Assembly: GCA_964016885.1 (NCBI GenBank)
Contig: OZ024750.1
Span: forward strand, 38,316,001 to 38,380,000
Reading direction: 5' to 3'
DNA length: 64,000 nt
Source of the DNA: Eledone cirrhosa
Lineage: Eukaryota
The position numbers and the translations under genes were made by a program. Each line of letters starts with the position of its first letter. Position 1 is the stretch's first letter. The notes beneath the pieces are model-generated. The model was not told the DNA's origin, did not search any database, and was given only the letters and a program-made list of their open reading frames with translations. Positions 29,961 through 46,800 of this stretch are shown piece by piece.

Positions 29961-32900
29961 TATACACTGTATGTGATGTACCATGAAGCTATTGCTAACC
30001 TGTACACTGTATGTGATGTACCATGAAGCTATAGCTAACCTATACACTCTATGTGATGTACCATGAAGCTATGACAAACCTATACACTGTACGTGATGTA
30101 CCATGAAGCTATGACTAAACTATACACTGTATGTGATGTACCATGAAGCTATGACTAACCTGTACACTGTATGTGATGTACCGTGAAGCTATGACTAACC
30201 TGTACACTGTATGTGATGTACCATGAAGCTATGACTAACCTATACACTGTATGTGATGTACCATGAAGCTATGACTAACCCGTACACTGTATGTGATGTA
30301 CCATGAAGCTATGGCTAACCTGTACACTGTATGTGATGTACCATGAAGCTATGGCTAACCTGTACACTGTATGTGATGTACCATGAAGCTATGGCAAACC
30401 TGTACACTGTACGTCATGTACCATGAAGCTATGACTAACCTATACACTGTATGTGATGTACCATGAAGCTATGACTAACCTGTACACTGTATGTGATGTA
30501 CCATGAAGCTATGGCTAACCTGTACACTGTTTGTGATGTACCATGAAGCTATGGCTAACCTGTACACTGTATGTGATGTACCATGAAGTTATAGCTAATC
30601 TGTACACTGTATGTGATGTACCATGAAGCTATGACTAATCTGTACACTGTATGTGATGTACCATGAAGCTATAGCTAACCTGTACACTGTATGTGATGTA
30701 CCATGAAGCTATGACTAACCTGTACACTGTATGTGATGTACCATGAAGCTATGACTAACCTGTACACTGTATGTGATGTAACATGAAGCTATAGCTAACC
30801 TGTACACTGTATGTGATGTACCATGAAGCTATGACTAACCTATACACTGTATGTGATGTACCATGAAGCTATAGCTAACCTGTACACTGTATGTGATGTA
30901 CCATGAAGCTATGGCTAACCTGTACACTGTATGTGATGTACCATGAAGCTATGACTAACGTGTACACTGTATATGATGTACCATGAAGCTATGACTAACA
31001 TGTACACTGTATGCGATGTACCATGAAGCTATGACTAACCTGTACACTGTATGTGATGTACCATGAAGCTATGACTAACCTGTACACTGTATGTGATGTA
31101 CCATGAAGCTATGACTAACCTGTACACTGTATGTGATGTACCATGAAGCTATGACTAACCTATACACTGTATGTGATGTACCATGAAGCTATGACTAACC
31201 TGTACACTGTATGTGATGTACCATGAAGCTATGACTAACATGTACACTGTATGCGATGTACCATGAAGCTATGACTAACCTGTACACTGTATGTGATGTA
31301 CCATGAAGCTATGACTAAACTGTACACTGTATGTGATGTACCATGAAGCTATGACTAACCTGTACACTCTATGTGATGTACCATGAAGCTATGACTAACC
31401 TATACACTGTATGTGATGTACCATGTAGCTATGACTAACCTTTACACTGTATGTGATGTACCATGAAGCTATGGCTAACCTGTACACTGTATGTGATGTA
31501 CCATGAAGCTATGGCTAACCTGTACACTGTATGTGATGTACCATGAAGTTATGACTAACATGTACACTGTATGTGATGTACCATGAAGCTATGACTAACC
31601 TGTACACTGTATGTGATGTACCATGAAGCTATGGATAACCTGTACACTGTATGTGATGTACCATGAAGCTATGACTAACCTATACACTCTATGTGATGTA
31701 CCATGAAGCTATGGCTAACCTGTACACTGTATGTGATGTACCATGAAGCTATGACTAACCTATACACTGTATGTGATGTACCATGAAGCTATGACTAACC
31801 TATACACTGTATGTGATGTACCATGAAGCTATGACTAACCTGTACACTGTATCTGATGTGCCATGAAGCTATGGCTAACCTGTACACTCTATTTGATGTA
31901 ACATGAAGCTATGACTAACCTATACACTGTATGTGATGTACCATGCAGATATGACTAACCTGTACACTGTATGTGATGTACCATGAAGCTATGGCTAACC
32001 TGTACACTGTATGTGATGTACCTTGAAGCTATGGCTAACCTGTACACTGTATGTGATGTACCATGAAGTTATAGCTAACCTGTACACTGTATGTGATGTA
32101 CTATGAAGCTATGACTAATCTGTACACTGTATGTGATGTACCATGAAGCTATGACTAATCTGTACACTGTATGTGATGTAACATGAAGCTATAGCTAACC
32201 TGTACAATGTATGTGATGTACCATGAAGCTATGACTAACCTATACACTGTATGTGATGTACCATGAAGCTATTGCTAACCTGTACACTGTATGTGATGTA
32301 CCATGAAGTTATAGCTAACCTGTACACTGTATGTGATGTACCATGAAGCTATGACTAACCTATACACTGTATGTGATGTACCATGAAGCTATGACTAACC
32401 TGTACACTGTATGTGATGTACCATGAAGCTATGGCTAACCTGTACACTGTTTGTGATGTACCATGAAGCTATGGCTAACCTGTACACTGTATGTGATGTA
32501 CCATGAAGTTATAGCTAACCTGTACTCTGTATGTGATGTACCATGAAGCTATGACTAATCTGTACACTGTATGTGATGTACCATGAAGCTATAGCTAACC
32601 TGTACACTGTATGTGATGTACCATGAAGCTATGACTAACCTGTACACTGTATGTGATGTACCATGAAGCTATGACTAACCTGTACACTGTATGTGATGTA
32701 ACATGAAGCTATAGCTAACCTGTACACTGTATGTGATGTACCATGAAGCTATGACTAACCTATACACTGTATGTGATGTACCACGAAGCTATAGCTAACC
32801 TGTACACTGTATGTGATGTACCATGAAGCTATGGCTAACCTGTACACTGTATGTGATGTACCATGAAGCTATGACTAAACTGTACACTGTATATGATGTA

Positions 32901-35900
32901 CCATGAAGCTATGACTAACATGTACACTGTATGCGATGTACCATGAAGCTATGACTAACCTGTACACTGTATGTGATGTACCATGAAGCTATGACTAACC
33001 TGTACACTGTATGTGATGTACCATGAAGCTATGACTAACCTGTACACTGTATGTGATGTACCATGAAGCTATGACTAACCTATACACTGTATGTGATGTA
33101 CCATGTAGCTATGACTAACCTTTACACTGTATGTGATGTACCATGAAGCTATGGCTAACCTGTACTCTGTATGTGATGTACCATGAAGCTATGGCTAACC
33201 TGTACACTGTATGTGATGTACCATGAAGTTATGACTAACATGTACACTGTATGTGATGTACCATGAAGCTATGACTAACCTGTACACTGTATGTGATGTA
33301 CCATGAAGCTATGGATAACCTGTACACTGTATGTGATGTACCATGAAGCTATGACTAACCTATACACTCTATGTGATGTACCATGAAGCTATAGCTAACC
33401 TGTACACTGTATGTGATGTACCATGAAGCTATAGCTAACCTATACACTGTATGTGATGTACCATGAAACTATGACTAACCTGTACACTGTATGTGATGTA
33501 CCATGAAGCTATGACTAACCTGTACACTGTATGTGATGTACCATGAAGCTATGACTAACCTGTACACTGTATGTGATGTACCATGAAGCTATGACTAACC
33601 TATACACTGTATGTGATGTACCATGTAGCTATGACTAACCTTTACACTGTATGTGATGTACCATGAAGCTATGGCTAACCTGTACTCTGTATGTGATGTA
33701 CCATGAAGCTATGGCTAACCTGTACACTGTATGTGATGTACCATGAAGTTATGACTAACATGTACACTGTATGTGATGTACCATGAAGCTATGACTAACC
33801 TGTCCACTGTATATGATGTACTATGAAGCTATAACTAACATGTACACTGTATGCGATGTACCATGAAGCTATGGCTAACCTGTACACTGTATGTGATGTA
33901 CCATGAAGTTATGACTAACCTGTACACTGTATGTGATGTACCATGAAGCTATGGCTAACCTGTACACTGTATGTGATGTATCATGAAGCTATGGCTAACC
34001 TGTACACTGTATGTGATGTACCATGAAGCTATGACTAACCTGTACACTGTATGTGATGTACCATGAAGCTATGACTAACATGTACACTGTATGCGATGTA
34101 CCATGAAGCTATGACTAACCTGTACACTGTATGTGATGTACCATGAAGCTATGACTAACCTGTACACTGTATGTGATGTACCATGAAGCTATGACTAACC
34201 TGTACACTGTATGTGATGTACCATGAAGCTATGACTAACCTATACACTGTATGTGATGTACCATGTAGCTATGACTAACCTTTACACTGTATGTGATGTA
34301 CCATGAAGCTATGGCTAACCTGTACACTGTATGTGATGTACCATGAAGCTATGGCTAACCTGTACACTGTATGTGATGTACCATGAAGCTATGACTAACC
34401 TGTACACTGTATGTGATGTACCATGAAGCTATGACTAACCTATACACTGTATGTGATGTACCATGTAGCTATGACTAAACTTTACACTGTATGTGATGTA
34501 CCATGAAGCTATGGCTAACCTGTACACTGTATGTGATGTACCATGAAGCTATGGCTAACCTGTACACTGTATGTGATGTACCTTGAAGCTATGGCTAACC
34601 TGTACACTGTATGTGATGTACCATGAAGTTATAGCTAACCTGTACACTGTATGTGATGTACTATGAAGCTATGACTAATCTGTACACTGTATGTGATGTA
34701 CCATGAAGCTATGACTAATCTGTACACTGTATGTGATGTAACATGAAGCTATAGCTAACCTGTACAATGTATGTGATGTACCATGAAGCTATGACTAACC
34801 TATACACTGTATGTGATGTACCATGAAGCTATTGCTAACCTGTACACTGTATGTGATGTACCATGAAGTTATAGCTAACCTGTACACTGTATGTGATGTA
34901 CCATGAAGCTATGACTAATCTGTACACTGTATGTGATGTACCATGAAGCTATGACTAACCTATACACTGTATGTGATGTACCATGAAGCTATGACTAACC
35001 TGTACACTGTATGTGATGTACCATGAAGCTATGACTAACCTGTACACTGTATGTGATGTACCATGAAGCTATGACTAACCTATACACTGTATGTGATGTA
35101 CCATGAAGCTATGACTAACCCGTACACTGTATGTGATGTACCATGAAGCTATGGCTAACCTGTACACTGTATGTGATGTACCATGAAGCTATGGCTAACC
35201 TGTACACTGTATGTGATGTACCATGAAGCTATGGCAAACCTGTACACTGTATGTCATGTACCATGAAGCTATGACTAACCTATACACTGTATGTGATGTA
35301 CCATGAAGCTATGACTAACCTGTACACTGTATGTGATGTACCATGAAGCTATGGCTAACCTGTACACTGTTTGTGATGTACCATGAAGCTATGGCTAACC
35401 TGTACACTGTATGTGATGTACCATGAAGTTATAGCTAACCTGTACTCTGTATGTGATGTACCATGAAGCTATGACTAATCTGTACACTGTATGTGATGTA
35501 CCATGAAGCTATAGCTAACCTGTACACTGTATGTGATGTACCATGAAGCTATGACTAACCTGTACACTGTATGTGATGTACCATGAAGCTATGACTAACC
35601 TGTACACTGTATGTGATGTAACATGAAGCTATAGTTAACCTGTACACTGTATGTGATGTACCATGAAGCTATGACTAACCTATACACTGTATGTGATGTA
35701 CCACGAAGCTATAGCTAACCTGTACACTGTATGTGATGTACCATGAAGCTATGGCTAACCTGTACACTGTATGTGATGTACCATGAAGCTATGACTAAAC
35801 TGTACACTGTATATGATGTACCATGAAGCTATGACTAACATGTACACTGTATGCGATGTACCATGAAGCTATGACTAACCTGTACACTGTATGTGATGTA

Positions 35901-38900
35901 CCATGAAGCTATGACTAACCTGTACACTGTATGTGATGTACCATGAAGCCATGACTAACCTGTACACTGTATGTGATGTACCATGAAGCTATGACTCACC
36001 TATACACTGTATGTGATGTACCATGTAGCTATGACTAACCTTTACACTGTATGTGATGTACCATGAAGCTATGGCTAACCTGTACTCTGTATGTGATGTA
36101 CCATGAAGCTATGGCTAACCTGTACACTGTATGTGATGTACCATGAAGTTATGACTAACATGTACACTGTATGTGATGTACCATGAAGCTATGACTAACC
36201 TGTACACTGTATGTGATGTACCATGAAGCTATGGATAACCTGTACACTGTATGTGATGTACCATGAAGCTATGACTAACCTATACACTCTATGTGATGTA
36301 CCATGAAGCTATAGCTAACCTGTACACTGTATGTGATGTACCATGAAGCTATGACTAACCTGTACACTGTATGTGATGTACCATGAAGCTATGACTAACC
36401 TGTACACTGTATCTAATGTAACATGAAGCTATAGCTAACCTGTACACTGTATGTGATGTACCATGAAGCTATAGCTAACCTATACACTGTATGTGATGTA
36501 CCATGAAACTATGACTAACCTGTACACTGTATGTGATGTACCATGAAGCTATGGCTAATCTGCACAATGTATGTGATGTAACATGAAGCTATAGCTAACC
36601 TGTACACTGTATGTGATGTACCATGAAGCTATGACTAACCTGTACACTGTATGTGATGTACCATGAAGCTAGGACTAACCTGTACACTGTATGTGATGTA
36701 CCATGAAGCTATGGCTAACCTGTACACTGTATGTGATGTACCATGAAGCTATGGCTAACCTGTACACTGTATGTGATGTACCATGAAGCTATGGCTAACC
36801 TGTACACTGTATGTGATGTACCATGAAGCTATGGCTAACCTGTACACTGTATGTGATGTACCATGAAGCTATGACTAACCTGTACACTGTAGATGATGTA
36901 CCATGAAGCTATGAATAACATGTACACTGTATGTGATGTACCATGAAGCTATGACTAACCTGTACACTCTATGTGATGTACCATGAAGCTATAGCTAACC
37001 TATACACTGTATGTGATGTACCATGAAACTATGACTAACCTGTACACTGTATGTGATGTACCATGAAGCTATGGCTAATCTGTACACTGTATGTGATGTA
37101 ACATGAAGCTATAGCTAACCATTAAACTGTATGTGATGTACCATGAAGCTATGACTAACCTGTACACTGTATGTGATGTACCATGAAGCTATGACTAACT
37201 TGTACACTGTATGTGATGTACCATGAAGCTATGGCTAACATGTACACTGTATGTGATGTACCATGAAGCTATGGCTAACCTGTACACTGTATGTGATGTA
37301 CCATGAAGCTATGGCTAACCTGTACACTGTATGTGATGTACCATGAAGCTATGGCTAACCTGTACACTGTATGTGATGTACCATGAAGCTATGACTAACC
37401 TGTACACTGTATATGATGTACCATGAAGCTATGAATAACATGTACACTGTATGTGATGTACCATGAAGCTATGACTAACCTGTACACTGTATGTGATGTA
37501 CCATGAAGCTATGGCTAACCTGTACACTGTATGTGATGTACCATGAAGCTATGGATAACCTGTACACTGTATGTGATGTACAATGAAGGTATGGCTAACC
37601 TGTACACTGTATGTGATGTACCATGAAGCTATGACTAACCTGTACACTGTATGTGATGTACCATGAAGCTATGACTAACCTGTACACTGTATGTGATGTA
37701 ACATGAAGCTAGAGCTAACCTGTACACTGTATGTGATGTACCATGAAGCTATGACTAACCTGTACACTGTATGTGATGTACCATGAAGCTATAGCTAACC
37801 TATACACTGTATGTGATGTACCATGAAGTTATAGCTAACCTGTACACTGTATGTGATGTACCATGAAGCTATGACTAACCTATACACTGTATGTGATGTA
37901 CCATGTAGCTATGACTAACCTTTACACTGTATGCGATGTACCATGAATCTATGACTAACCTGTACACTGTATGTGATGTACCATGAAGCTATGACTAACC
38001 TGTACACTGTATGTGATGTACCATGAAGCTATGACTAACCTATACACTGCATGTGATGTACCATGAAGCTATGACTAACCTATACACTTTATGTGATGTA
38101 CCATGTAGCTATGACTAACCTTTACACTGTATGTGATGTACCATGAAGCTATGGCTAACCTGTACTCTGTATGTGATGTACCATGAAGCTATGGCTAACC
38201 TGTACACTGTATGTGATGTACCATGAAGTTATGACTAACATGTACACTGTATGTGATGTACCATGAAGCTATGACTAACCTGTACACTGTATGTGATGTA
38301 CCATGAAGCTATGGATAACCTGAACACTGTATGTGATGTACCATGAAGCTATGACTAACCTATACACTCTATGTGATGTACCATGAAGCTATGACTAACC
38401 TGTACACTGTATGTGATGTACCATGAAGCTATGACTAACCTATACACTGTATGTGATGTACCATGAAGCTATGACTAACCTGTACACTGTATGTGATGTA
38501 CCATGAAGCTATGGCTAGCCTGTACACTGTATGTGATGTACCATGAAGCTATGACTAACCTGTACACTGTATGTGATGTACCATGAAGTTATAGCTAACC
38601 TGTACACTGTATGTGATGTACCATGAAGCTATGACTAATCTGTACACTGTATGTGATGTACCATGAAGCTATAGCTAACCTGTACACTGTATGTGATGTA
38701 CCATGAAGCTATGACTAACCTGTACACTGTATGTGATGTACCATGAAGCTATGACTAACCTGTACACTGTATGTGATGTAACATGAAGCTATAGCTAACC
38801 TGTACACTGTATGTGATGTACCATGAAGCTATGACTAACCTGTACACTGTATGTGATGTACCATGAAGCTATAGCTAACCTATACACTGTATGTGATGTA

Positions 38901-41900
38901 CCATGAAACTATGACTAACCTGTACACTGTATGTGATGTACCATGAAGCTATGGCTAATCTGTACACTGTATGTGATGTAACATGAAGCTATAGCAAACC
39001 TGTACACTGTATGTGATGTACCATGAAGCTATGACTAACCTGTACACTGTATGTGATGTACCATGAAGCTATGACTAACCTGTACACTGTATGTGATGTA
39101 CCATGAAGCTATGGCTAACCTGTACACTGTATGTGATGTACCATGAAGCTATGGCTAAACTGTACACTGTATGTGATGTACCATGAAGCTATGGCTAACC
39201 TGTACAGTGTATGTGATGTACCATGAAGCTATGGCTAACCTGTACACTGTATGTGATGTACCATGAAGCTATGGCTAACCTGTACACTGTATATGATGTA
39301 CCATGAAGCTATGACTAACATGTACACTGTATGTGATGTACCATGAAGCTATGACTAACCTGTACACTGTATGTGATGTACCATGAAGGTATAGCTAACC
39401 TATACACTGTATGTGATGTACCATGAAACTATGACTAACCTGTACACTGTATGTGATGTACCATGAAGCTATGGCTAATCTGTACACTGTATGTGATGTA
39501 ACATGAAGCTATAGCTTACCTGTACACTGTATGTGATGTACCATGAAGCTATGACTAACCTGTACACTGTATGTGATGTACCATGAAGCTATGACTAACC
39601 TGTACACTGTATGTGATGTACCATGAAGCTATGGCTAACCTGTACACTGTATGTGATGTACCATGAAGCTATGGCTAACCTGTACACTGTATGTGATGTA
39701 CCATGAAGCTATGGCTAACCTGTACACTGTATGTGATGTACCATGAAGCTATGGCTAACCTGTACACTGTATGTGATGTACCATGAAGCTATGACTAACC
39801 TGTACACTGTATATGATGTACCATGAAGCTATGAATAACATGTACACTCTATGTGATGTACCATGAAGCTATGACTAACCTGTACACAGTATGTGATGTA
39901 CCATGAAGCTATGGCTAACCTGTACACTGTATGTGATGTACCATGAAGCTATGGCTAACCTGTACACTGTATGTGATGTACCATGAAGCTATGGCTAACC
40001 TGTACACTGTATGTGATGTACCATGAAGCTATGACTAACCTGTACACTGTATGTGATGTACCATGAAGCTATGACTAACCTGTACACTGTATGTGATGTA
40101 ACATGAAGCTATAGCTAACCTGTACACTGTATGTGATGTACCATGAAGCTATGACTAACCTGTACACTGTATGTGATGTACCATGAAGCTATAGCTAACC
40201 TATACACACTATGTGATGTACCATGAAACTATGACTAACCTGTACACTGTATGTGATGTACCATGAAGCTATGGCTAATCTGTACACTGTATGTGATGTA
40301 ACATGAAGCTATAGCTAACCTGTACACAGTATGTGATGTACCATGAAGCTATGACTAACATGTACACTGTATGCGATGTACCATGAAGCTATGACTAACC
40401 TGTACACTGTATGTGATGTACCATGAAGCTATGACTAACCTGTACACTGTATGTGATGTACCATGAAGCTATGACTAACCTGTACACTGTATGTGATGTA
40501 CCATGAAGCTATGACTAACCTATACACTCTATGTGATGTACCATGTAGCTATGACTAACCTTTACACTGTATGTGATGTACCATGAAGCTATGGCTAACC
40601 TGTACACTGTATGTGATGTACCATGAAGCTATGGCTAACCTGTACACTGTATGTGATGTACCATGAAGTTATGACTAACATGTACACTGTATGTGATGTA
40701 CCATGAAGCTATGACTAACCTGTACACTGTATGTGATGTACCATGAAGCTATGACTAACCTGTACACTGTATGTGATGTAACATGAAGCTATAGCTAACC
40801 TGTACACTGTATGTGATGTACCATGAAGCTATGACTAACCTGTACACTCTATGTGATGTACCATGAAGCTATAGCTAACCTATACACTGTATGTGATGTA
40901 CCATGAAACTATGACTAACCTGTACACTGTATGTGATGTACCATGAAGCTATGGCTAATCTGTACACTGTATGTGATGTAACATGAAGCTATAACTAACC
41001 TGTACACTGTATGTGATGTACCATGAAGCTATGACTAACCTGTACACTGTATGTGATGTACCATGAAGCTATGACTAACCTGTACACTGTATGTGATGTA
41101 CCATGAAGCTATGGCTAACCTGTACACTGTATGTGATGTACCAAGAAGCTATGGCTAACCTGTACACTGTATGTGATGTACCATGAAGCTATGGCTAACC
41201 TGTACACTGTATGTGATGTACCATGAAGCTATGGCTAACCTGTACACTGTATGTGATGTACCATGAAGCTATGACTAACCTGTACACTGTATGTGATGTA
41301 CCATGAAGCTATAGCTAACCTATACACTGTATGTGATGTACCAGGAAACTATGACTAACCTGTACACTGTATGTGATGTACCATGAAGCTATGGCTAATC
41401 TGTACACTGTATGTGATGTAACATGAAGCTATAGCTAACCTGTACACTGTATGTGATGTACCATGAAGCTATGACTAACCTGTACACTGTATGTGATGTA
41501 CCATGAAGCTATGGCTAACCTGTACACTGTATGTCATGTACCATGAAGCTATGGCTAACCTGTACACTGTATGTCATGTACCATGAAGCTATGACTAACC
41601 TATACACTGTATGTGATGTACCATGAAGCTATGACTAACCGGTACACTGTATGTGATGTACCATGAAGCTATGGCTAACCTGTACACTGTTTGTGATGTA
41701 CCATGAAGCTATGGCTAACCTGTACACTGTATGTGATGTACCATGAAGTTATAGCTAACCTGTACACTGTATGTGATGTACCATGAAGCTATGACTAATC
41801 TGTACACTGTATGTGATGTACCATGAAGCTATAGCTAACCTGTACACTGTATGTGATGTACCATGAAGCTATGACTAACCTGTACACTGTATGTGATGTA

Positions 41901-43824
41901 CCATGAAGCTATGACTAACCTGTACACTGTATGTGATGTAACATGAAGCTATAGCTAACCTGTACACTGTATGTGATGTACCATGAAGCTATGACTAACC
42001 TATACACTGTATGTGATGTACCATGAATATATAACTAACCTGTACACTGTATGTGATGTACCATGAAGCTATGACTAACCTGTACACTGTATGTGATGTA
42101 CCATGAAGCTATGACTAACCTGTACACTCTATGTGATGTACCATGAAGCTATGACTAACCTGTACACTGTATATGATGTACCATGAAGCTATGACTAACA
42201 TGTACACTGTATGTGATGTACCATGAAGCTATGGCTAACCTGTACACTGTATGTGATGTACCATGAAGCTATGACTAACCTGTACACTGTATATGATGTA
42301 CCATGAAGCTATGACTAACATGTACACTGTATGTGATGTACCATGAAGCTATGGATAACCTGTACACTGTATGTGATGTACCATGAAGCTATGGCTAACC
42401 TGTACACTGTATGTGATGTACCATGAAGCTATGGCTAACCTGTACACTGTATGTGATGTACCATGAAGCTATGGCTAACCTGTACACTGTATGTGATGTA
42501 ACATGAAGCTATGACTAACCTCTACACTGTATGTGATGTACCATGAAGCTATGACTAACCTGTACACTGTATGTGATGTACCATGAAGCTATAGCTAACC
42601 TATACACTGTATGTGATGTACCATGAAACTATGACTAACCTGTACACTGTATGTGATGTACCATGAAGCTATGGCTAATCTGTACACTGTATGTGATGTA
42701 ACATGAAGCTATAGCTAACCTGTACACTGTATGTGATGTACCATGAAGCTATGACTAACCTGTACACTGTATGTGATGTACCATGAAGCTATGACTAACC
42801 TGTACACTGTATGTGATGTACCATGAAGCTGTGGCTAACCTGTACACTGTATGTGATGTACCATGAAGCTATGGGTAACCTGTACACTGTATGTGATGTA
42901 CCATGAAGCTATGGCTAACCTGTACACTGTATGTGATGTACCATGAAGCTATGGCTAACCTGTACACTGTATGTGATGTACCATAAAGCTATGACTAACC
43001 TGTACACTGTATATGATGTACCATGAAGCTATGACTAACCTGTACACTGTATGTGATGTACCATGAAGCTATGACTAACCTGTACACTGTACGTGATGTA
43101 CCATGAAGCTATGACTAACCTGTACACTGTATGTGATGTACCATGAAGCTATGACTAACCTATACACTGTATGTGATGTACCATGTAGCTATGACTAACA
43201 TTTACACTGTATGTGATGTACCATGAAGCTATGGCTAACCTGTACACTGTATGTGATGTACCATGAAGCTATGGCTAACCTGTACACTGTATGTGATGTA
43301 CCATGAAGTTATGACTAACATGTACACTGTATGTGATGTACCATGAAGCTATGACTAACCTGTACACTGTATGTGATGTACCATGATGCTATGGATAACC
43401 TGTACACTGTATGTGATGTACCATGAAGCTATGACTAACCTATACACTGTATGTGACGTACCATGAAGCTATGACTAACCTGTACACTGTATGTGATGTA
43501 CCATGAAGCTATGACTAACCTGTACACTGTATGTGATGTACCATGAAGCTATGACTAACCTATACACTGTATGTGATGTACAATGAAGCTATGACTAACC
43601 CGTACACTGTATGTGATGTACCATGAAGCTATGGTTAACCTGTACACTGTATGTGATGTACCATGAAGCTATGGCTAACCTGTACACTGTATGTGATGTA
43701 CCATGAAGCTATGGCTAACCTGTACACTGTATGTCATGTACCATGAAGCTATGACTAACCTATACACTGTATGTGATGTACCATGAAGCTATGACTAACC
43801 TGTACACTGTATGTGATGTAACAT

Positions 43825-46800
43825 GAAGCTATAGCTAACCTGTACACTGTATGTGATGTACCATGAAGCTATGACTAACCTATACACTGTATGTGATGTA
43901 CCATGAATATATAGCTAACCTGTACACTGTATGTGATGTACCATGAAGCTATGACTAACCTGTACACTGTATGTGATGTACCATGAAGCTATGACTAACC
44001 TGTACACTCTATGTGATGTACCATGAAGCTATGGCTAACCTGTACACTGTATGTGATGTACCATGAAGCTATGGCTAACCTGTACACTGTATGTGATGTA
44101 CCATGAAGCTATGGCTAACCTGTACACTGTATGTGATGTACCATGAAGCTATGGCTAACCTGTACACTGTATGTGATGTACCATGAAGCTATGTCTAACC
44201 TGTACACTGTATATGATGTATCATGAAGCTATGACTAACATGTACACTGTATGCGATGTACCATGAAGCTATGACTAACCTGTACACTGTATGTGATGTA
44301 CCATGAAGCTATGACTAACCTGTACACTGTATGTGATGTACCATGAAGCTATGACTAGCCTGTACACTGTATGTGATGTACCATGAAGCTATGACTAACC
44401 TATACACTGTATGTGATGTACCATGTAGCTATGACTAACCTTTACACTGTATGTGATGTACCATGAAGCTATGGCTAACCTGTACACTGTATGTGATGTA
44501 CCATGAAGCTATGGCTAACCTGTACACTGTATGTGATGTACCATGAAGTTATGACTAACATGTACACTGTATGTGATGTACCATGAAGCTATGACTAACC
44601 TGTACACTGTATGTGATGTACCATGAAGCTATGGATAACCTGTACACTGTATGTGATGTACCATGAAGCTATGACTAACCTGTACACTGTATGTGATGTA
44701 CCATGAAGCTATGACTAACCTATACACTGTATGTGATGTACCATGAAGCTATGACTAACCTGTACACTGTATGTGATGTACCATGAAGCTATGGCTAACC
44801 TGTACACTCTATGTGATGTACCATGAAGCTATGACTAAACTATACACTGTATGTGATGTACCATGCAGCTATGACTAAACTGTACACTGTATGTGATGTA
44901 CCATGAAGCTATGACTAACCTATACACTGTATGTGATGTACCATGAAGCTATGACTAACCTGTACACTGTGTGTGATGTACCATGAAGCTATGACTAACC
45001 TGTACACTGTATGTGATGTACCATGAAGTTATAGCTAACCTGTACACTGTATGTGATGTACCATGAAGCTATGACTAATCTGTACACTGTATGTGATGTA
45101 CCATGAAGCTATAGCTAACCTGTACACTGTATGTGATGTACCATGAAGCTATAGCTAACCTATACACTGTATGTGATGTACCATGAAGCTATGACAAACC
45201 TGTACACTGTATGTGATGTACCATGAAGCTATGACTAACCTATACACTGTATGTGATGTACCATGAAGCTATGACTAACCTGTACACTGTGTGTGATGTA
45301 CTATGAAGCTATGACTAACCTGTACACTGTATGTGATGTACTATGAAGCTATGACTAACCTATACACTGTATGTGATGTACCATGAAGCTATGACTAACC
45401 CGTACACTGTATGTGATGTACCATGAAGCTATGACTAACCTATACACTGTATGTGATGTACCATGAAGCTATGACTAACCTGTACACTGTATGTGATGTA
45501 CCATGAAGCTATGGCTAACCTGTACACTGTTTGTGATGTACCATGAAGCTATAGCTAACCTGTACACTGTATGTGATGTACCATGAAGCTATGACTAACC
45601 TATACACTGTATGTGATGTACCATGAATATATAGCTAACCTGTACACTGTATGTGATGTACCATGAAGCTATGACTAACCTGTACACTGTATGTGATGTA
45701 CCATGAAGCTATGACTAACCTGTACACTCTATGTGATGTACCATGAAGCTATGGCTAACCTGTACACTGTATGTGATGTACCATGAAGCTATGGCTAACC
45801 TGTACACTGTATGTGATGTACCATGAAGCTATGGCTAACCTGTACACTGTATGTGATGTACCATGAAGCTATGGCTAACCTGTACACTGTATGTGATGTA
45901 CCATGAAGCTATGTCTAACCTGTACACTGTATATGATGTACCATGAAGCTATGACTAACATGTACACTGTATGCGATGTACCATGAAGCTATGACTAACC
46001 TGTACACTGTATGTGATGTACCATGAAGCTATGACTAACCTGTACACTGTATGTGATGTACCATGAAGCTATGACTAGCCTGTACACTGTATGTGATGTA
46101 CCATGAAGCTATGACTAACCTATACACTGTATGTGATGTACCATGTAGCTATGACTAACCTTTACACTGTATGTGATGTACCATGAAGCTATGGCTAACC
46201 TGTACACTGTATGTGATGTACCATGAAGCTATGGCTAACCTGTACACTGTATGTGATGTACCATGAAGTTATGACTAACATGTACACTGTATGTGATGTA
46301 CCATGAAGCTATGACTAACCTGTACACTGTATGTGATGTACCATGAAGCTATGGATAACCTGTACACTGTATGTGATGTACCATGAAGCTATGACTAACC
46401 TGTACACTGTATGTGATGTACCATGAAGCTATGACTAACCTATACACTGTATGTGATGTACCATGAAGCTATGACTAACCTGTACACTGTATGTGATGTA
46501 CCATGAAGCTATGGCTAACCTGTACACTCTATGTGATGTACCATGAAGCTATGACTAAACTATACACTGTATGTGATGTACCATGCAGCTATGACTAAAC
46601 TGTACACTGTATGTGATGTACCATGAAGCTATGACTAACCTATACACTGTATGTGATGTACCATGAAGCTATGACTAACCTGTACACTGTGTGTGATGTA
46701 CCATGAAGCTATGACTAACCTGTACACTGTATGTGATGTACCATGAAGTTATAGCTAACCTGTACACTGTATGTGATGTACCATGAAGCTATGACTAATC

